From assembly GCA_963666975.2 (NCBI GenBank), contig CAXVYR010000004.1, positions 800,001 to 864,000 of the forward strand: a stretch of DNA of 64,000 bases, given 5' to 3'. The notes under the pieces are model-generated. The model did not search any database, was not told the origin of the DNA, and worked only from the letters and a program-made list of their open reading frames with translations. Shown here in pieces: positions 62,629 to 64,000 of the stretch (positions are counted from its first letter, which is position 1; the number at the start of each line of letters is the position of its first letter). The translations under genes were made by a program, and so were the position numbers. The stretch comes from Terriglobia bacterium. GTDB taxonomy: Bacteria; Acidobacteriota; Terriglobia; 2-12-FULL-54-10.

Positions 62629-62793
62629 CCGTCACCACCAAAGGCACGCCATCGGCTTTATGAGGCTGCCAGGAATCCCCCAATAGCACGATATTAAATC
62701 TCCCAAACCATCCTATTAAATATCCCTTTAATTAGAGTATAGTTATCTGGTGAAGTATCTTGTAAAAGAGAAACCCAGGTAACGGAAGCTACT

Positions 62794-63069
62794 ATGAAAG
62801 GAACAGTCTCACGACAAAAGCTCTCCACTACGGTTTCCCGCGACACTCACCAGTACCTGGTGCATCTTGTGAAGACGGGTCGCGCCGGCACAATCGCGGA
62901 AGCGGTTGACTTGGTTGTTCGGAGAGCGCAGCGCGCAGAGAGCCGCGCCAGGCTCGAACGCGACACGGCTGCGTATTTTGCGAGCCTCCCTGCCAATGTG
63001 GCTGGTGAAGAAGCCCGGCTCGAAGCGGCTCTATCAGAGGCGGTTGACGAGGTTTGTTTTGACGAGTAG
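62794..63069 (+). CDS. Putative antitoxin (RHH-like)
   Basis: Small ORF with N-terminal KLSTTVS strand-helix-helix pattern and acidic tail; overlaps a MazF-like gene. Confidence 0.7.
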   Translation: MKGTVSRQKLSTTVSRDTHQYLVHLVKTGRAGTIAEAVDLVVRRAQRAESRARLERDTAAYFASLPANVAGEEARLEAALSEAVDEVCFDE

Positions 63070-63445
63070 CCGTCCTGCCGGCCGGCAGGTTCGCCCTGTT
63101 CCCCGGCGCGGAGAAATTTGGGCTGCGAACCTGGGCACTCCTCCCTCGCGACACTGGGTGCTGATTGTTTCCCTCAACGCCCGAAATGCCAGCGAACGCG
63201 TAAACTCCGTCCTGATTGTTCCTTTTGGCAGCTCTGGGTACGAAGGCCCCACGACTCTTCGTTTGGAACCGGGGGAGACCGGATTACCGGCGACCTCCTA
63301 CCTGAAAGGCCACTTCATAACGACCCTCCCCAAGAACCGCTTGCTCCAGCGAGAAGGGCGCGTTCTTTCTCCGTCCCGGATGATGCAGGTTTCCCAGATG
63401 ATAAGCCGCGCTTTCGACCCCGACACCCCCTATGAACCGGGGTGA
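63059..63445 (+). CDS. PemK/MazF-family toxin
   Basis: PRRGEIWAANL...RHWVLIVS...N...VLIVP...GETGL..TS; TTG start inferred. Confidence 0.85.
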   Translation: MTSSRPAGRQVRPVPRRGEIWAANLGTPPSRHWVLIVSLNARNASERVNSVLIVPFGSSGYEGPTTLRLEPGETGLPATSYLKGHFITTLPKNRLLQREGRVLSPSRMMQVSQMISRAFDPDTPYEPG

Positions 63446-63612
63446 GACAAATCCGAGCCGCGACCTTGAGGGGTCGGTCAGCCCAACGGTGAAATGTAAC
63501 CAGTAACGAGTGATGAGTAAAAGCAGTAGTCATGCCGGGCGGAGACACTCGTCACCTGTATACAGCGGACTAGCTTTTCAACGCCGGCTGAAAATTCCTG
63601 ATTTCCGCTTGA

Positions 63613-64000
63613 TTATCCCGTCTTCTTGGAAAGATAATCGACCAGCCCGAGGCACTCCGCCGCAGTATAGCGGCCGGTAGGGCCGGTGCTGTAAACCGCG
63701 CCCGCGATCTTGCCATCCGGTTGAATGACAAAACCGGTGGCGTGGATATATCCCTTTTCCGCATCAAAAAATGCGCCCGTCCTGGCAGAAACTTCCTTTG
63801 CGTTCAGACCATATGCCAGTGGAAAGGTTAACTTGTGCCGCTCTAGGGTCTTCTGGGCGTTCTCCAGCGTGTCCACCGAGGCTGCAACCACCCTTACCTT
63901 TCGCTTTTCAAATTCGCCGATTTGATCTTGGAAGTCAGACAACTGCCGACGACAATACGGTCACCAGTGTCCTCGGTAAACTAGGAATACACTCCAATTG
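63613..64000 (-). CDS. Peroxiredoxin-like (AhpC/TSA) selenoprotein, 5' end beyond the window
   Basis: Minus strand reads NWSVFLVYRGHW-TGA-PYCRRQLSDFQ, in frame with ORF 63613-63942 (VVAASVD, FVIQPDGKI). Confidence 0.85.
63934..63950 (-). promoter_or_regulatory. Putative bacterial SECIS hairpin
   Basis: GUCGG-CAGUUGU-CUGAC stem-loop starts at the 11th nt after the UGA at 63963-63961. Confidence 0.6.

Overview
This is GC-rich bacterial chromosomal DNA. Gene content suggests Acidobacteriota (tgt-yajC-secDF, a TonB-ExbB-ExbD-ExbD-TPR cluster, a TPR protein with a carboxypeptidase-regulatory-like N-terminus, a DsbA-MauE pair), but that is an inference. Intact housekeeping blocks are glyA, tgt-yajC-secD-secF, rel, rpmB, korAB, groESL with a perfect CIRCE operator, pdaD-dhs-speB, ino1, an oppABCDF-type ABC system, and a wzm-wzt-methyltransferase-glycosyltransferase glycan locus. 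They alternate with decaying accessory patches: (1) 1-1960, a degraded integron gene-cassette array with attC core sites and no integrase in view; (2) 7.9-10.8 kb, a MITE carrying nested REP-like hairpins, gene fragments and a tandem-duplicated cytochrome P460-family gene; (3) 37-40 kb, an IS3-family element joining a truncated MshEN-motif cheA to unrelated gene fragments; (4) 44.4-48.9 kb, a tRNA-Phe-integrated satellite or prophage relic. The most notable signals missed by the ORF track are a UGA-encoded UxxC peroxiredoxin-like selenoprotein with a SECIS-like hairpin at the window end and the attC-bounded cassettes. A ThDP-dependent enzyme with a twin-arginine signal peptide is the best candidate for undescribed biochemistry. 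All calls come from motif recognition by eye; no searches were run.
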